64,000 nucleotides of DNA, taken from assembly GCF_036321535.1 (NCBI RefSeq), contig NC_087436.1, forward strand, positions 78,122,001 to 78,186,000, given 5' to 3'. The translations under genes and the position numbers were made by a program. Origin of the DNA: Camelus dromedarius. Its lineage: Eukaryota. The notes beneath the pieces were generated by a model, which saw only the letters and a list, made by a program, of their open reading frames with translations, searched no databases and was not told the origin of the DNA. Positions 1 to 13,260 of this stretch are shown one piece after another (the first letter of the stretch is position 1; each line of letters starts with the position of its first letter).

Positions 1-34
1 GCCACATCCATGCTATGTATTTAAATTCATGTCT

Positions 35-170
35 CTTAACAACTCTAGAGATCATTTGATGGTTAAAGAAAGTGGAGTTGAGTGAGGCTGCGGCGGCCAA
101 GGTCACACAGTAAGTGGTGCAGCTGGAGTTCACACCCAGGTCTACCTGGTGTCTGAGCTCTTTGAACTTC
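35..170 (-). mobile_element. MIR SINE fragment
   Basis: aaggtcacacag..taagtggtgcagctggagttcacacccaggtct is the reverse complement of the MIR core. Confidence 0.7.
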
Positions 171-439
171 TCTAAGATGCTGCTTGTGAATTCAGCAACC
201 AATAGAGGCAGATGGTATTGTCAGGTTTAGAGAAGAAGTTTAATTATCCCCACCCCGCAATTGGGAAGCAGGTCCTTAAGACTCTCATTCTTCTTTATAT
301 GAGTAACATCCAGAAACTCCTTAGTGCGTATCATTCATCTCAATGGCTTCATGGTAAATAAAGCATGTGAAAAAGATTATCTTTGATTTATTTCAGCCTA
401 GTTTAAGGAGAGTCTGTACAGCAGCATACCTTTAAAATA

Positions 440-895
440 ATATTTAAATCACCTCAAACTGGAAACCACCCCACTGTCCATCAACAGTAGAATAGATGAA
501 GAGATTAAGGTGTTTTAAACAATTGAATACTCTATAGCAATCAGAATGAACTTAACTTAACTGCCAGCGGCAACATGGATGAACTCACAGATGTAATACT
601 CAGTGAAAGAAGGCAGACACAGACGAGTATCCACAGAGTGACTCCATGCATCCAAGGTACAAAATTGGCACAACTAGCCTATGCTGTTATCACGCGGGCT
701 ATTGGTTACGTTTGGGAGGGTGGTGCCTGGGAGTGGGCACGCAGGGCGAGGGGGTCCGGGTGCTGTTAATGTTCTGTGCTGGTACACATCTGTATTCACT
801 TTGTGAAAATTCATCAAGCCTTATATTTATGATTTTTGTTCTGTCTCTTTACCTATGTATTACTTTAGTTCCATAAAAGTTTACTAAAAGATAAA
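440..895 (+). mobile_element. Ancient L1 (L1ME-type) 3' end
   Basis: aactggaaaccacccc..tgtccatcaacagtagaatagat, caacatggatgaactcacagatgtaatactcagtgaaagaag and ttcactttgtgaaaattcatcaagc are typical L1M 3' UTR blocks. Confidence 0.8.
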
Positions 896-2182
896 AATAC
901 TTAAAATGACTTTCAGGTTCAGGTGAGACCTTAGATACTTAGAGTACTCTAATCGATAAAAATACCAAAAAGTTCCCTATCATTAAGCTTGGACTTAAAA
1001 TTTAAAACAGATATCTAATGAAAAGGATTCACAGAAGCACAGTTTTTTTTTTAAGTTAAATGCTAATAACAATAAGCAGTTGGAAATACTTTTCACAAAA
1101 GGTTATTAATGTATTTCAAAGACTGTCTAACTGTAGGATAGGACCATAGAGAGATTTCAACCATATGGAATCTTGAGCAACAATTTCCACTGTACTCAAG
1201 GATAAGTTACAAAATCCTTCAGCTTCCACGTCACCAACCCCTAAGAGCGGGATAATTCCTACCTTCCTCACAGGAGTGTTGTGCTGCTTAATTAACGTGT
1301 AAAGCACTTTCTGCTCCCTGGGTGAAAGGTACCACGAAGAAGCAAAGCATAATTATGTTTTAATTGCACGGCTGATTTTGAAGACACAAAAAGAAAAAAA
1401 AAGTGCTATGAATTGCAATTAAATCAGATTACTCCATTAGAATCATAGTCATGATTTATGCCTTCTGGTTTCTGCTATATTTGGGGAAATGGCCTTTTTT
1501 ATTTTTTAAGTCTTTCTGGCTCAGCTTCTCCATCTGTAAAATGGGATGACATGCTTTCCACGATTTGCAAGTATTTCTTTATTCTTCGCAAAGTCCTTCA
1601 GTAATCCTTGGATGAAAAGAAGGTACGTATTGCTACAGAAAGAAGAAATGCTACCTCCTGCTGCTGGGATGAATGGAATTGCTTTTCTCTGGGGGGAAAC
1701 TAAATGCCAGATGTCTTTCATAAAGGCCATCCAGGGACTGGCTCCACAGAAGAAGAGTCTCAGAACAGCCAGTCCGCAGGAGGCCAGGATGCTGAAGGAG
1801 AACTTGGGAAGTTTGTTTGTTGGCATTCAGGGTGGTTACATTCCATTCTCGCAAAGAGACAGTTGATTCTACTGTCTCTTTTGTTGATGACATCTTCATT
1901 CTTGCTCTTAATCCAAGGGTTTGTACAAATACAAAGCCAGTCATCAGAAATCCATTGATACGTGTGACTCGGACTAGGACCTTTCATGTAGTATGAGATG
2001 ACCAATCCAACTCAGCTGTGCAGTCTTGCTTGCTGGGTCTTTCATGGATCTTGACTTGGGGAGATCAAATATGATGTCATTGTGGATTACGTGTTTTAGA
2101 AAAAAGATCTTTAGAAAAAAAAATTCTAACCATATTTTTCATGTCTCCTTTTTGGGCTAAGTAAAGCATAAAGAGACACACA

Positions 2183-2362
2183 GGGAACTATATTCAATAT
2201 CTTGTAATAACCTATAATGAAAAAGGGTATAAAAAGAGTGTATACACACACACACACACACACATACACACACACATAGATATACACAACTGAAGCACTA
2301 TGCTGTATTCCTAAACTAACACAACATTGTAAATTAACTAAACTTCAATAAAAATGATAACA
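2183..2362 (+). mobile_element. 5'-truncated artiodactyl-type L1 3' end with internal (CA)n
   Basis: gggaactatattcaatatcttgtaataacctataat..aactaacacaacattgtaaattaacta..caataaaa; 15 bp TSD ataaagagac(a/c)caca at 2168-2182 and 2363-2377. Confidence 0.9.
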
Positions 2363-3404
2363 ATAAAGAGACCCACAAAAAGGTTTTTCATTTCTTGATG
2401 AAAATAAAAGAACTTCAAATTATACATGAACAAAATAGAACTTTTACGTCGTTTATTTGCCCCAACATGTGGAACTTCACTTATCTGTGTCTTATATATC
2501 TTCTATTTAACTAATACATAGAAATATTTCTCATTACCCCTTCTTGACTAAAGAAAATAAATGACCAGTCAGACCACACTACTCCCAGCTGCTGGTCACA
2601 TTTTCGGGCAGTATACTTCTATTTTTGTATGAACATTCAATAATTAACCTTCTTCTCTCTACAAAAACAAAACACACAGAAGTGCTTTAAATCTTGATAA
2701 CAGTAGATGTGACTTTTCAGGAGCTAAAATTCCCCTGGAAGATTAAGCTGTCTGAATACCCCTGCACCACCAAAATCCTTCAGGGAACAACACTGATGCA
2801 TTCCCTTAGGAAAGCATAAACCAGTCAAGTACACTGACTTAGTGATTAGAAGTCCTGAGAGTCTTCTGAAATCACACTTGGTTATTTGATGATCTAATTT
2901 TAAAGGCCTAGCAAGCTATTCACTACCACTATACATACTTGGGGAATGTCTGTGTAGGATTTATGGGAGTTTAAAAGAATACACTAAATTGTCAATACAT
3001 TCAAATCATGCGACATCAAAAAGCATATATGCTGAAAGTCATTTTCAGGGTGAGATGAGAAAGAAGCAATGAAGGGCCAAAGGAGGTATTCTATCTTTTT
3101 TCTTTCTGGAAGAAAACAAAAGTGTCAGTCCTTCTGCCGTGCTGTCACAAGGGGAATGATTTTTAATGCTTTGGGTCAGAAATCCTTTAAAAGTTCACTA
3201 AGCTTAGCTGGCCAAAGGGCAGCTTCTACTGGACAAACAGGATCCACTTCCTCAAAGGTCACGTCCAAGCACATGGTCTTTGATTCTTTGGCTGTCAACG
3301 TGACGGGTCATGCGAATTTTTATCAGTCATCCTTTTCTAAAGTTCAATTAAGGTGGACTGATTCAAACTCCTTTTGCAGTACCAATAAATTAAGAGAGAT
3401 CCTC

Positions 3405-3826
3405 TAGAGGTTTATGCCCTGGTCCTTAGTGCTACCTGCCAGACATTTCCACCTCTGACTTCTGGGCGTGGTAGGGGTGTAGGAAGCATAATCTTTGTCG
3501 TAGTTAGGCATGGCCGTGTGATGTTTAGCCAATGAAATGTTAACAGCAATAATATATCTTATTTCTAAGCAGAAGTTTGAAGAGCCAGTGAGCAACTGGC
3601 CATGGTTCTCTTTCCCACTACCCGAGCTATTGGCAGTGTTCCTGGTGACAAAGTGTCTGCTTCATCAGCTAAGATGCTGAAGTGGCAACGACACAGAGCA
3701 GAGCCCACAGTTCACACACAATGGACATGTGTGGTGAGAGGAAGAAACTAAACCCACTGCCTTATGACACTGAGACCTGAGGGCTCTTTGCTTCCATAGT
3801 GTCACCAAGGCCCTCCGGCTGACTCA
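3405..3826 (+). mobile_element. MaLR solo LTR (MLT1I/J-like)
   Basis: tagttaggcatggccgtgtgatgtttagccaatgaaatgt..agaagtttgaagagccagtg..atggacatgtgtggtgagaggaagaaactaaac. Confidence 0.75.
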
Positions 3827-4674
3827 GCTTCTCCCCAGGGTAAAGAGCTCCTCAGAACCCGTGGAAGGATGACAGAGGGCTGCGGTAGGATCCCTACACT
3901 GTCGCCCTCCCCTCACCTCGCTCAGCTGGTCCTGGGCTGTGAGGCCTGTTTCCTTTGGGTTCTATTATCCCCTGGGAGACTCTCAGCACCACTTCCCCGA
4001 TGTCCACACGAGGGTCACCCCTTCAAATCAGTACGGGGTGGGTAGGTGACCTAAATGAGTAAACAGGCCAGTGCATTCATATCAAAGATTTATTAACTCC
4101 TCACCTTTCCTCAAGAAAGCTCTTCTTGAAAACGAGGTGCTCATGGTCCGGCCTTCTGTTCAAAGGAGCAGTACAAGTGTGACGATGACTTGCAACCGCA
4201 AGCCTACGACAGTTTTGGAAATAACAAGGGTGAGTGGCAGCTACCACCTGCTTCCCCGACACCAGTAGCTGGTGCATCCTGGAAAGCATACCAGACATCT
4301 TAAGATTGTTTTTAGAAGCCAGAATTCTAAATATTTTTCTAAATATCCCACAGAAAACACAAATGGGCTGCATTCATTGCCCAAGCCCACTGTCCGTATG
4401 CCACAGGTGTCTGCAGCTGAACCTTGTTTTATGCCTTTGTGGGGACAATGGCTGTTCTTCACTTTCAAAAAGCTCCAGATTATTGAGAACAAACCCAGGT
4501 CAGGGACCAAGCTCAATTTGGGGGAAAAAATGTTCCAATTCTGCTACCTTTCTTACTGAAAGAAATTTCCTAGCAGAAATTATGCTAACCAAACCCAAAT
4601 CCAAGTCAGGACCCTGATGTGACCTCTCTGTTGGTATCACTGGCACACTAGCTCTCAAACACACTCTGTCTCTC

Positions 4675-5360
4675 TCTTTTTTTCTGATTATTAAAGTAAT
4701 ATATCATCATGACTGAAACCCAGCAAAGTATTAATAAAAGAACAAGAGGCACTTAGAAGTCTAAGACCCAAAGATAATCAGTGTCGCCATATTAGCATAA
4801 TCCTTCTGGAAACAGAGTTTAAAAGATATGTGTGTTTAGAACTTTGTATTTTCAACTGTTCTATATTCCTTTTTTACCTTTTATTAGATAGTTTTTCACT
4901 TCTTCATAGACTAGCCAAGTTTTAGATTTTGACTTTCTGTTCTCAGTTTCCAGAAAGAGAAGTATGTTCTTAGAATATTCTTTCTCCCAAGTGCCTCATT
5001 AATTTTTGCAGTAATTCTATGACAGAGTTTATTCCAAAAGACAGTGGGAAGTGTCAACTGTTTTGTTATGAGTAACTTGTCAAGGGATGAATAGTTTAAT
5101 AATTTACTTTATAAATTTTAGTAAGTATACTTTTTCATTAAAGAGTAATTCTTATTAATTATAGACAATTTGATAAATACTAAAACATGGCGAAAAGAAA
5201 AAATACCCATAGTCCTACAGCCAAAAGAGAACTAGTATTATTATTAAGGTGTATTTTTCTCAGTCTCTTTTTATACATAGAGTTTAACTATGTGTGTGTG
5301 CATATATGCATGTGTGGATTCTATATATATCGCATATGATGGTATTACTGTATATTTAAA
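4675..5360 (-). mobile_element. Two decayed L1ME-type 3' end fragments (~4675-4850 and ~5130-5360)
   Basis: ttttctgattattaaagtaat..agacccaaagataatcagtgt and aaaatacccatagtcctacagccaaaagagaactagtatta match antisense L1ME ends. Confidence 0.5.
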
Positions 5361-5374
5361 TATACACATATACC

Positions 5375-5715
5375 CGTGCTTGGGGCCCTGAGCCAGTGGG
5401 TAAGAAGTCTGATTACCCTGCGGCTGTGAGGCTCAAACCCCACAGAGACCCCACAAGCAGGCGGTCGAGGTGGCACTGCCAAGTCAGCCCAGCCCAGGCA
5501 CAAGGGATGTGAGCTCAGAGGTCCCAGCCATCAGGTCATTCCAAGCCTTCAAGTCTCTTCAGCCAGAGTTTTTGACACACGGGGCAAATACAGGCCATCT
5601 CTGCTGTGCTTCGTTCAAATTTCTGACCCACAGTATCTGTGAATAATAAAACGGTTGCTCTTTGGAGCGACTACACTGTCGAGGCACTTACTGCGCAACG
5701 TCAGTAACCAGAGCA
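5375..5715 (+). mobile_element. MaLR LTR 3' part (MLT1G/H-like)
   Basis: taagaagtctgattaccctg..caaatttctgacccacagtatctgtgaataataaaacggttg..agtaaccagagca. Confidence 0.75.
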
Positions 5716-5744
5716 GCACCTATTTCATGCATGTGGGATCTCAC

Positions 5745-5865
5745 TTTCATTTCCATAGACATTCACTGAGTACCTGCTGTGCACCAGGCAATGAGCTAGG
5801 CTCCTGAGGTCCAAGGACACAGTCCCTTCCCTTAAAATGCTCATAGTGGTGGGAGAGACATACTC
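5745..5865 (-). mobile_element. L2 3' end
   Basis: cattcactgagtacctgctgtgcaccaggcaatgagctagg is the antisense L2 terminus. Confidence 0.7.
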
Positions 5866-6124
5866 AGAGTTGCTCTTTAGAAAAATGAGTCCAACAGCAT
5901 TGATGTGAGGGGGCTGGAGGTCAGCCAGGCAAAGGATGGTGCCAAAGAGATGGACACCATGGCTTAATACATGCACAGACTGATTTCTCTCTGTTCCAAG
6001 CCATGATGTCACAATTTTTGCTCATAAATGGAACAGAGATTAGTGTGCTTCTTAAAATGCAATAGGTTCTCACAAATAGCCTTTTAAAAATAAAAACAAA
6101 GCACATATCCTACAAATTACACAT

Positions 6125-6522
6125 TGTTACCGGCTGAATTGACTCCCTGCCACACTCCCTGTTTGTATATTGAAGTCCCAACCTCCAGTGTTCAAAACGT
6201 GACTGTATTTGGAGACAGTCTTTAAAGAGGTGATTAAAGTAAAACAAGGTCATTAGGGTGGGCTCTAATCTGATAGGACTGGTGTCCTTATAAGGAGAGG
6301 CATTAAGACACAGACATGTGGGCACATAGACAAAAGACCACGTGAAGACAGAGAGAGAAGAAGACATCCGCAAGCCAAAGAGAGAGCCCTCAGCATGAAA
6401 CCAACCCTGCTGACGCTTTGATCTTGAACTTCCAGACTCCAGAATTGTGAGGAAATTAAATTTTGTTGTTTAAGCCACCTGATCTCTGACGTTTGAGATG
6501 GCAAATTTAGCAACCGAATACA
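6125..6522 (+). mobile_element. Complete MaLR solo LTR (MLT1B-like)
   Basis: TG..CA termini (tgttaccggctgaatt..gaataca); gtgactgtatttggagacag, gactggtgtccttataagg, ttgatcttgaacttccagactccagaattgtgag, tttgttgtttaagccacc. Confidence 0.92.
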
Positions 6523-6684
6523 GTCCTCATAGGATTACGCTCATGTTCCAGAGCTGAACACCATGAGAAGTAATAGCAGAAGCGGCAGACGTAGCAGTGG
6601 TGACAACAGTTGTAGAGGTGAGGCTGTGGGGAGACTGGACCACACTCTTTCCTTCCGCTCCCATCTTTCCTTAGAAGAAAAGTT

Positions 6685-6842
6685 GGAGCTTTTTTAATGT
6701 TTATTTTTATTTATTTATATTCTGGGGGAGGTAATTAGGTTTCCTTATTTATGTATTTATTCTTGATGGAGGTACTGGGGATAGAAAACAGGACCTCGTG
6801 CATGCTAGGCATGCACTCTACCCCTGAGCTATATCCCGCCCC
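6685..6842 (-). mobile_element. tRNA-Ala-derived SINE, camelid vic-1 type
   Basis: Minus strand reads GGGGCGGGATATAGCTCAGGGGTAGAGTGCATGCCTAGCATGCACGAGGTCC..CCCCAGTACCTCCA, then AAACCTAATTACCTCCCCC and an A-rich tail; TSD-like cttagaagaaaagtt (6670-6684) / ctcagaaggaaagtt (6844-6858). Confidence 0.88.
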
Positions 6843-7299
6843 TCTCAGAAGGAAAGTTAAGACAAGCAGTTATCAATAAAGAAGGCAAACTAATTCTTAC
6901 TTCTATAGTACAGTTGGCCTCCTGTCTTTAACTTACATTATGGTTAACCCTCTCTGCTGCATTATTTATTATCTTACATTATCACTTTCTACTCGCATCA
7001 CTGATAACAAACATTGCTTGAACTTTAGCCCTGGTAAGATTAGCCAAGAATGTTTGAAAAAGGAACATTTTCCTGACATTTGAAGAAACTGCATGTCTAA
7101 TCATGGATTACACAAGAATTTAAATATCTCTGACCAATTCTAAAGGGCAATTTGAATAAGGATCCAACTTTAAATTAAATGACGGGGAAAAAAAATACCA
7201 GGACATATTCCTAGCACTCATTAAATGCTGAGTGTTTGCTGAATGAATCAATAAATGAGTAAATGAGTAGATGGCTGAATGAATGAATGACATTTATAT

Positions 7300-7508
7300 C
7301 AGGGGTCAGTACACTTTCCTAGAAAAGGTCAGATAGTAAATAGCCAAGGCTTTGTGGGCCATGTAGCCATGTGTCTCTGTCACAACTACTCAACTCTCCC
7401 AAGTCACTCTAAGGTGGCCGTAGACCCCATAAATGGGTTGGGCTACGTTCCAATAAAATACAGCAGCAGGCTGGATTGGGTCCACCGGCAGAAGTTTGCT
7501 GATCTCTG
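7300..7508 (-). mobile_element. MER58A (hAT-Charlie) MITE
   Basis: TIRs caggggtcagtacac..gtttgctgatctctg; internal ggtcagatagtaaata, cacaactactcaactct, gttccaataaaa. Confidence 0.85.
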
Positions 7509-7544
7509 GCTTAAAATATTCACTCCCCTACCAAAATTTTTTCT

Positions 7545-8045
7545 CACATCCTACTGCCTGCCTACCAATTTCAGGACAAGCCATCCATTTGGAATTCAAT
7601 CTCCTCCACAGCATGAACCCCACTCCCTCCCCTGCCTTATCTCCCATGACCCTGACAAACATAATCTCCAATCTGAAAAAGCTAGACTATTATTTCTCCA
7701 GGTCTTCCCACTTCCTCACCTTGCTCATACAGTTCCCCTATCTAATAAAATTGTATTTATCCTCCAATGCCATTCTCAAATTCTACATTCTGAAAGCATT
7801 TTTGGAATTACTCCAGTCAGATGTGAGCTTTCCCTCCTTTGAATTCCATAACTGGCATTTTTCTCACTTGCTAATTGCAATGATTAAACTTAGCTTCACA
7901 TTAGAGTCATGTAAGCGATTCCTCATGAATGTCTATAAAGCTGCTAGCTCATAAGAGCCGAGGCTGTGTTCTCTCCATCTTTGTGCATCTTGCCACACCT
8001 TGAATATACCATGGACTAATATATCTTGGAAGAATACACTGAAAT
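7545..8045 (+). mobile_element. L2 3' region, decayed
   Basis: C/T-rich L2 blocks (ccttgctcatacagttcccc, tccctcctttgaattcc) ending in an L2-like terminus. Confidence 0.6.
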
Positions 8046-8404
8046 GATACCGTTTCAATTTTCTGCAGCAACAGGGTAAAAAAAAAAATCTCTGGTCTCT
8101 GTTTTCAGTGGATTCCAAGACTTGCTGTCTCTGGATTACCTGTACAGGCTGCTTCTCTGTGGGGTCATTAATCTGCAGGAATTGAAATAACCTTATTTGC
8201 TACAGAACTTTAAAAATGCATTAGGGAACTAGAATTCTCAGAGCCAACTGTCCTTTTAATTAACACTGGTCTGGGAGCAAGGAGCTAATGGCTTCCTCAA
8301 TGGCTAAGCATCTAAAGAGGTTAATAGAATTGGAGATTCTACCTGTTGTATTCCTAAGGACCCGCTTACAGATTGTTTCCTGCAAGTGAGAAGTTCTGCT
8401 CAAC

Positions 8405-8690
8405 TCAGACATTTCTCCAGTGCCCGTCTGCAGTGCAGAGAGTGCCGGGAAAAATGGAAAGATAAATAAGACATGAGCTGTCCTGGTATCCAGGAGTTAA
8501 CAGTCTGCTCAGGGAGACAGACATAGATCCAAGGCCTAAACCACAAAGTGAGTTGTGATGAGGCTCATTATAGAACGTGGCGAGATGATACTGCAAAAAG
8601 AGACATTAATTTTGATGGCGGCAGGAGAGTCTGGACAAAGAGGCCTCACAGAGTAGATGGGATTTCAGCAGGAACTTGGTAGAAAAACAG
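8405..8690 (-). mobile_element. L2 fragment
   Basis: agataaataagacatg..caggagttaacagtctgctcagggagacagacat. Confidence 0.55.
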
Positions 8691-10119
8691 TGATAAAGAT
8701 GTGGATACTGTGGTAGTTCAGTGTGCTGGAGCTGGCAATGACCTCAGACAACCCTCTTCTTGATCAGATGAGGAAGGTGAGACCCAGAGAGGAACTGTGA
8801 CCTCAGTCAACCTACTTGCTTCCCTTTAGAACCATCTATGTGCAACTTCAAATTCACATGAGGGGTAGGGGAAAAAAAACCTTAGACTAAAATATCTTCA
8901 TTCCTAGGCATTTGAGACAAACATCAAAGGCAGCAATTGGTAGTCTCACCACACAACAAGCCCAAGGCCAGGGCATCCTCCGCTGGAAGCCATTTCCTTT
9001 GGTAGTTATCAAGGGACCAGATTTAGCTGCTAGCAAAACTGCACCTGGGTCCTGTAACTGAAGGCCACAGAGCTTTGGCAATGGAATAAAAGCTTGCAGT
9101 GAATTCAGGAAAGATCACAGGGAGCTTTAAACTCTGGGTAGGAAACTTTGTGGAAGAGTCCAACTTTGGTTCAAAAGAACAGGTCTCAAAAGTTACCAAA
9201 GGAATGATGATTTTGCCCTAGAATTACAGGGTACAGCCTATCACAGGGCCAGGCCGGAGTTTACATTCTCACAGGGTGTGTGTTTCACTGATTGAGTCTC
9301 GGAGGATAAATACAGGTGTCCCCAGTCTCCCCCCTGCTCCACACCCTACTCCCTCCCCACCCCATAAGTTTTACCACGCCCACCGCAGTCAAGGACAGAA
9401 GGACCATCATCTTTGGGCTGATGCCAAAACAGAAAGCAAACTTCCCAGGGCGAGTCAGAGAAGCAGCAAGGCCCCAAAGAATGCCCTGTGACAGTTTAAT
9501 TTAAATAGACTATTCAGTTCCCTTCAGTCTCATGACTAACAGGGGGCATGTAACTGAATAATTAAACAACAAATCTTTATTTATTCATTTTCAAGTCACA
9601 GGAGCAGCTGTGTCTTTTTTTTTTCCTTTCTAAAGGGAACACAGACTCAATAGGGTTCATTTTGTTCCCACCTAGCTCGCTCTCCTCTGTATTCCCCCAG
9701 CCCTCCATGCCAAACTCATTCCCCATTTCTCCATTCCCACCATGGAAATAACACTGTGTCCATATTAGTCTGATGAAAAAAAATCATTCTCCATGAAACG
9801 AAAATACACTGCCCCCAGACAGCAGACGCAGGACACGGTCCGATTAAACTCTGAGGTTTTATCTCTTTTGAAAAAAGTTACACTTACTTTCTATATACGA
9901 AACACCCCATGTTAAAAGAGGCACGAGAGTGACATTATGCAAATAATCCATTCAAGTAGACTTATTTTCCAGTGATGGTGGGAAAAGTATGTTTATGAAT
10001 GGCAAGCAAAGCATCCTTTACTAATACTATCAACTTAATACAGTTTCATCAGTTTACTGTGCTCTGAGAGTATAAAAGGCACCACTTTTTCCTAACAAAA
10101 GTTAAATAAGATATGATAA

Positions 10120-10330
10120 CAGAATGTTCAAGCTAGGGGAAAGGGCAGAAATTACAAGCAACCCCCAGCCCGACCATTTATTTTACAGATGGGGAAACTG
10201 AGATCCAGAGAAACCAAAGGATTTGCCCAAAGTCAGACAACCAGGACAAAGCCTCCCAGCAGGTTAGGGAAATTCCAGTCTAGAAATCCTCAGTTCAAGT
10301 CTCTTTTCACTATTCACTACATTCTGTCTC
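10120..10330 (-). mobile_element. MIR (MIR3/MIRc-like)
   Basis: ttttacagatggggaaactgagatccagaga..gatttgcccaaagtca. Confidence 0.8.
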
Positions 10331-10915
10331 TGTTTCCTTAATAGTAGCCTCTGGCATATATATTTACAGCATGAGATATGTATGATATTTTATATATACA
10401 TCAGGGAAGGCTCATACTTGCTGAAAGGAATTCAATATTGAGGAGTCTCAGTAACATACGATACTAATTCACTAAGGAACTCTTGAACCAGCATTGTCCA
10501 AACTGAATGGCATCAAACTGGGAGTGTTACTTTGCTTTCCATCAAGGTTTCCACAGAGACAAAGAGCCAGACTCAGTCAACAGGAGATTTTTTGCACAGG
10601 AACTAGCATGGGTCATACAGTAGGTTTTCAGGAAATGCTTGTCAACTTGCTGTAAAGAAACTGGAATACACTTTCAGGACACAACATATAATAACTTCCA
10701 GAGCAGAAAGCCCATATAAATAACCTCACAAAGATACGAGAACGTGCAAGACAGTCATCGGATGGAGGAGGAGGAGGAGGTAGAAGAGCAGGAAGAAAGA
10801 GGTCTCAGCTTCTCTTCTGCCCCCGACACTCGAAGGTCATTGGTCACATTCCTTTTTTTTTTTTTTTTCATTTAAGATCAAAGATTCTGCATCTGGAAGC
10901 CACTGATTACAGATA

Positions 10916-11398
10916 CAGATCCTCCTTGGCTCACAATGGAGTTACACCCCAATAAACACATCGTAAGTTAAAATTTTTGCTAAGTTGAAAATACGTTTAA
11001 TACACCTAACCTATCGAATATCATGGCTTAGCCAAGTCAACTTGAAACGTGCTCAGAACACTATCCTTAGCCTACAGTTGGGCAAAATCATCCAACAGAC
11101 AGCCTATTTGATAATGAAGTGTAGAATACCTCATGTAATTTATTGAATATGGTACTGAAAGTGAAAACCACAATGGTTAGCGAGTACAGGGCGACTGTAA
11201 GTGTGTTGGTCATTCACCCCCATGGCTGACTGGGAGCTGCGACTTGCTGCTGCTCCTCAGTACCACGAGGCTTTATCGTACGCATCCTCAGCCATGATCC
11301 AAATTGAAAATTCAAGGTATGGTTGCTATTGAATGCGTATCATTTTCACACTGTCAAAAAATCGTAAGTCAAACCATCGTTAAGTCAGGGACTGTCTG
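10916..11398 (-). mobile_element. TcMar-Tigger non-autonomous element (MER47/Tigger5 family), full length
   Basis: TA-flanked TIRs ta|cagatcctccttggctcacaatgg..ccatcgttaagtcagggactgtctg|ta; internal aatacacctaacctatcgaatatcatggcttagcc, cctacagttgggcaaaatcatc, ggctgactgggagctgcg. Confidence 0.9.
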
Positions 11399-12229
11399 TA
11401 TTGGCTCGAGGTCTCATGCACTCAAAAAAAGCTCCGGAACAAAAGGACTTTAAAAACTATTACCATTTTGCTTGTTGCCTCACTCAAGGACTCACGTAAA
11501 TTAAAAGGCCACTTTAAAATTCTGATTCCTCTAAGTCTGTGAACAATATCTCATGTAGCCTCCTCACCATTATTCACCAAAAGCTGTGAAATCTAGTTAT
11601 ATAATATTTCCCCTATATTCTACTTCTCATTTAAATAAGAAAACTCTGGAACATGGGAATATAATTATTCCATGAGCTACTAATTATACTGAAATCTGCT
11701 TATGACGCTATATTCAAAGGCCTCTGTTATTACTGACTTGTTCAAATGACCACATTCCTAAAATAGCAGTAACTTGTTTCAAAGGTGCATTTGGAAGCTG
11801 TGCTAGTCAGCAGAAGCCAGAGAAATACACATTGTCATAGCAGTTATAGCTACTTCTATTCAAGGAGATGGAAAACTTTACAAATCTTCACAAATGAAAA
11901 TATTGTTATTAAAGAACCCTAGTTTCTATCTGTCCTATGTTGCAGCTTGACAAAAATACCACCTCCAAGCAAGGCAGAAAACTGGACAAAGTAGTTTAGT
12001 GGTATTGTTCTTATAACAGAGAACCCCCTCACCAACAGTGGAAGTACTATTTTGGTGAAAGTTACTCTCCCTACCTCTTATTTGATAGCTTCCCTCATTG
12101 AATTAACTTGGTGATGATAAACAAGCCTGAAAACTCTTGCTTCATAACTACCCTCAATCCTGTGTTCCTCCAGCACCAGAAATGCTTTCAGAGAATTGCT
12201 TGGTTGCTGGGGAATTCAAGGAGCCAATT

Positions 12230-12730
12230 CTGTGTCAGCTGAATTGCCATTCTTCTTGTCCCCAGCCTCAAACCCAAACCACCTTTTATTCTCCCCTCCT
12301 TTGCCAGTAACTATGTCCAGGTCACTACGAAGACCTCCACACTTCTCTTTTGATGTTTCCTTCATTCGGATCCTCTCGTCTCTATCCTCCACCACCCTCC
12401 CATCCAAATCTGAGTCCGGTGGATCCCATATTGGCCATCACAATATTATTTAGCCATCCTCTCTAAGTCAACTTCTCATTCCAATTCAACCTGTATACCT
12501 ATGCCAGGCATCACTTTTAATACATCATATTCCTGCTAAAAACTTTTCAAAAAAATCGAAGACATCTGATTTAGTTCCCAAGGCTCCACCCTACCTCTGA
12601 AATCATATTCTCTGCAAATCACTTTGTAGAATCCTCTATTCCATGTAGGCAGATCTCCTCACTGAGTCATGAACTCGTGATGTTTATTCCTGTCTATGCC
12701 CTTACTCGTGGGGTTCTATTTGACAAGATA
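12230..12730 (+). mobile_element. L2 fragment, decayed
   Basis: Pyrimidine-rich L2 3' ORF2/UTR-like blocks (catcatattcctgctaaaaacttttcaa). Confidence 0.45.
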
Positions 12731-12751
12731 TTTATTTAAAATTTATTTAAA

Positions 12752-12855
12752 AACTGAGCCTCAGTTTCTTTAGCTGTAAAGTGAGGACTATAATACCAAG
12801 TGGGGTTTTGGTGAAGCTCAAATAAGAATAATTTATAAGCTCCTTCTAAATTGTT
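12752..12855 (+). mobile_element. MIR core
   Basis: ctgagcctcagtttctttagctgtaaagtgaggactataatacc. Confidence 0.75.
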
Positions 12856-13062
12856 AGACTCTAGAGAATTTCAGCTACTTACTCATCTTGGTCTGCATTC
12901 ACATTTGTACCCCAACATTTGGTACCTAACCATCACCACTGAAGCAACTCCATTATTGGTGCAACATGTTTCTCTACCAAACTTGACTGTAATCTATGTG
13001 AAAGCAGAACTTCATTTAGTTATCAATCACCTTGAGTTTTTTTTTCCTAACCAGAAGGATCA

Positions 13063-13260
13063 GGTGGGATGAGACTCTGTCAGCCACCCTTCTTGGTCCT
13101 TTTCAAGGCCCGGCACAAAGCAGACAACAATACACATTTGTCGATTGCTTTAGTTAGCACTGAAAATGAATAAGGGAGAGCAGCAGAACCTCATCTCACC
13201 AGACCAACTTTCCTGCTAAAGAATAGCAACAAAAATGCATGGTGATTGGTAAGAAAATAC
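13063..13260 (+). repeat. Copy A of a local direct duplication (paired with 14519-14710)
   Basis: Collinear exact words shared with copy B: ggtgggatgaga, aagcagacaacaa, attgctttagt, tgaaaatgaataagg. Confidence 0.85.

Noticed and set aside
4105..4240. Possible minus-strand exon ending in AAG|GTGAGG
   Set aside because: The donor is good but the acceptor is poor and ambiguous; no recognisable peptide.
6767..6842. tRNA-Ala gene
   Set aside because: The T-arm/B box is damaged, CCA is encoded, and it continues into a SINE body, A-tail and TSD; it is a SINE head.
7354..7954. 162 aa and 152 aa ORFs
   Set aside because: They run across a MER58A MITE and an L2 fragment; chance ORFs.
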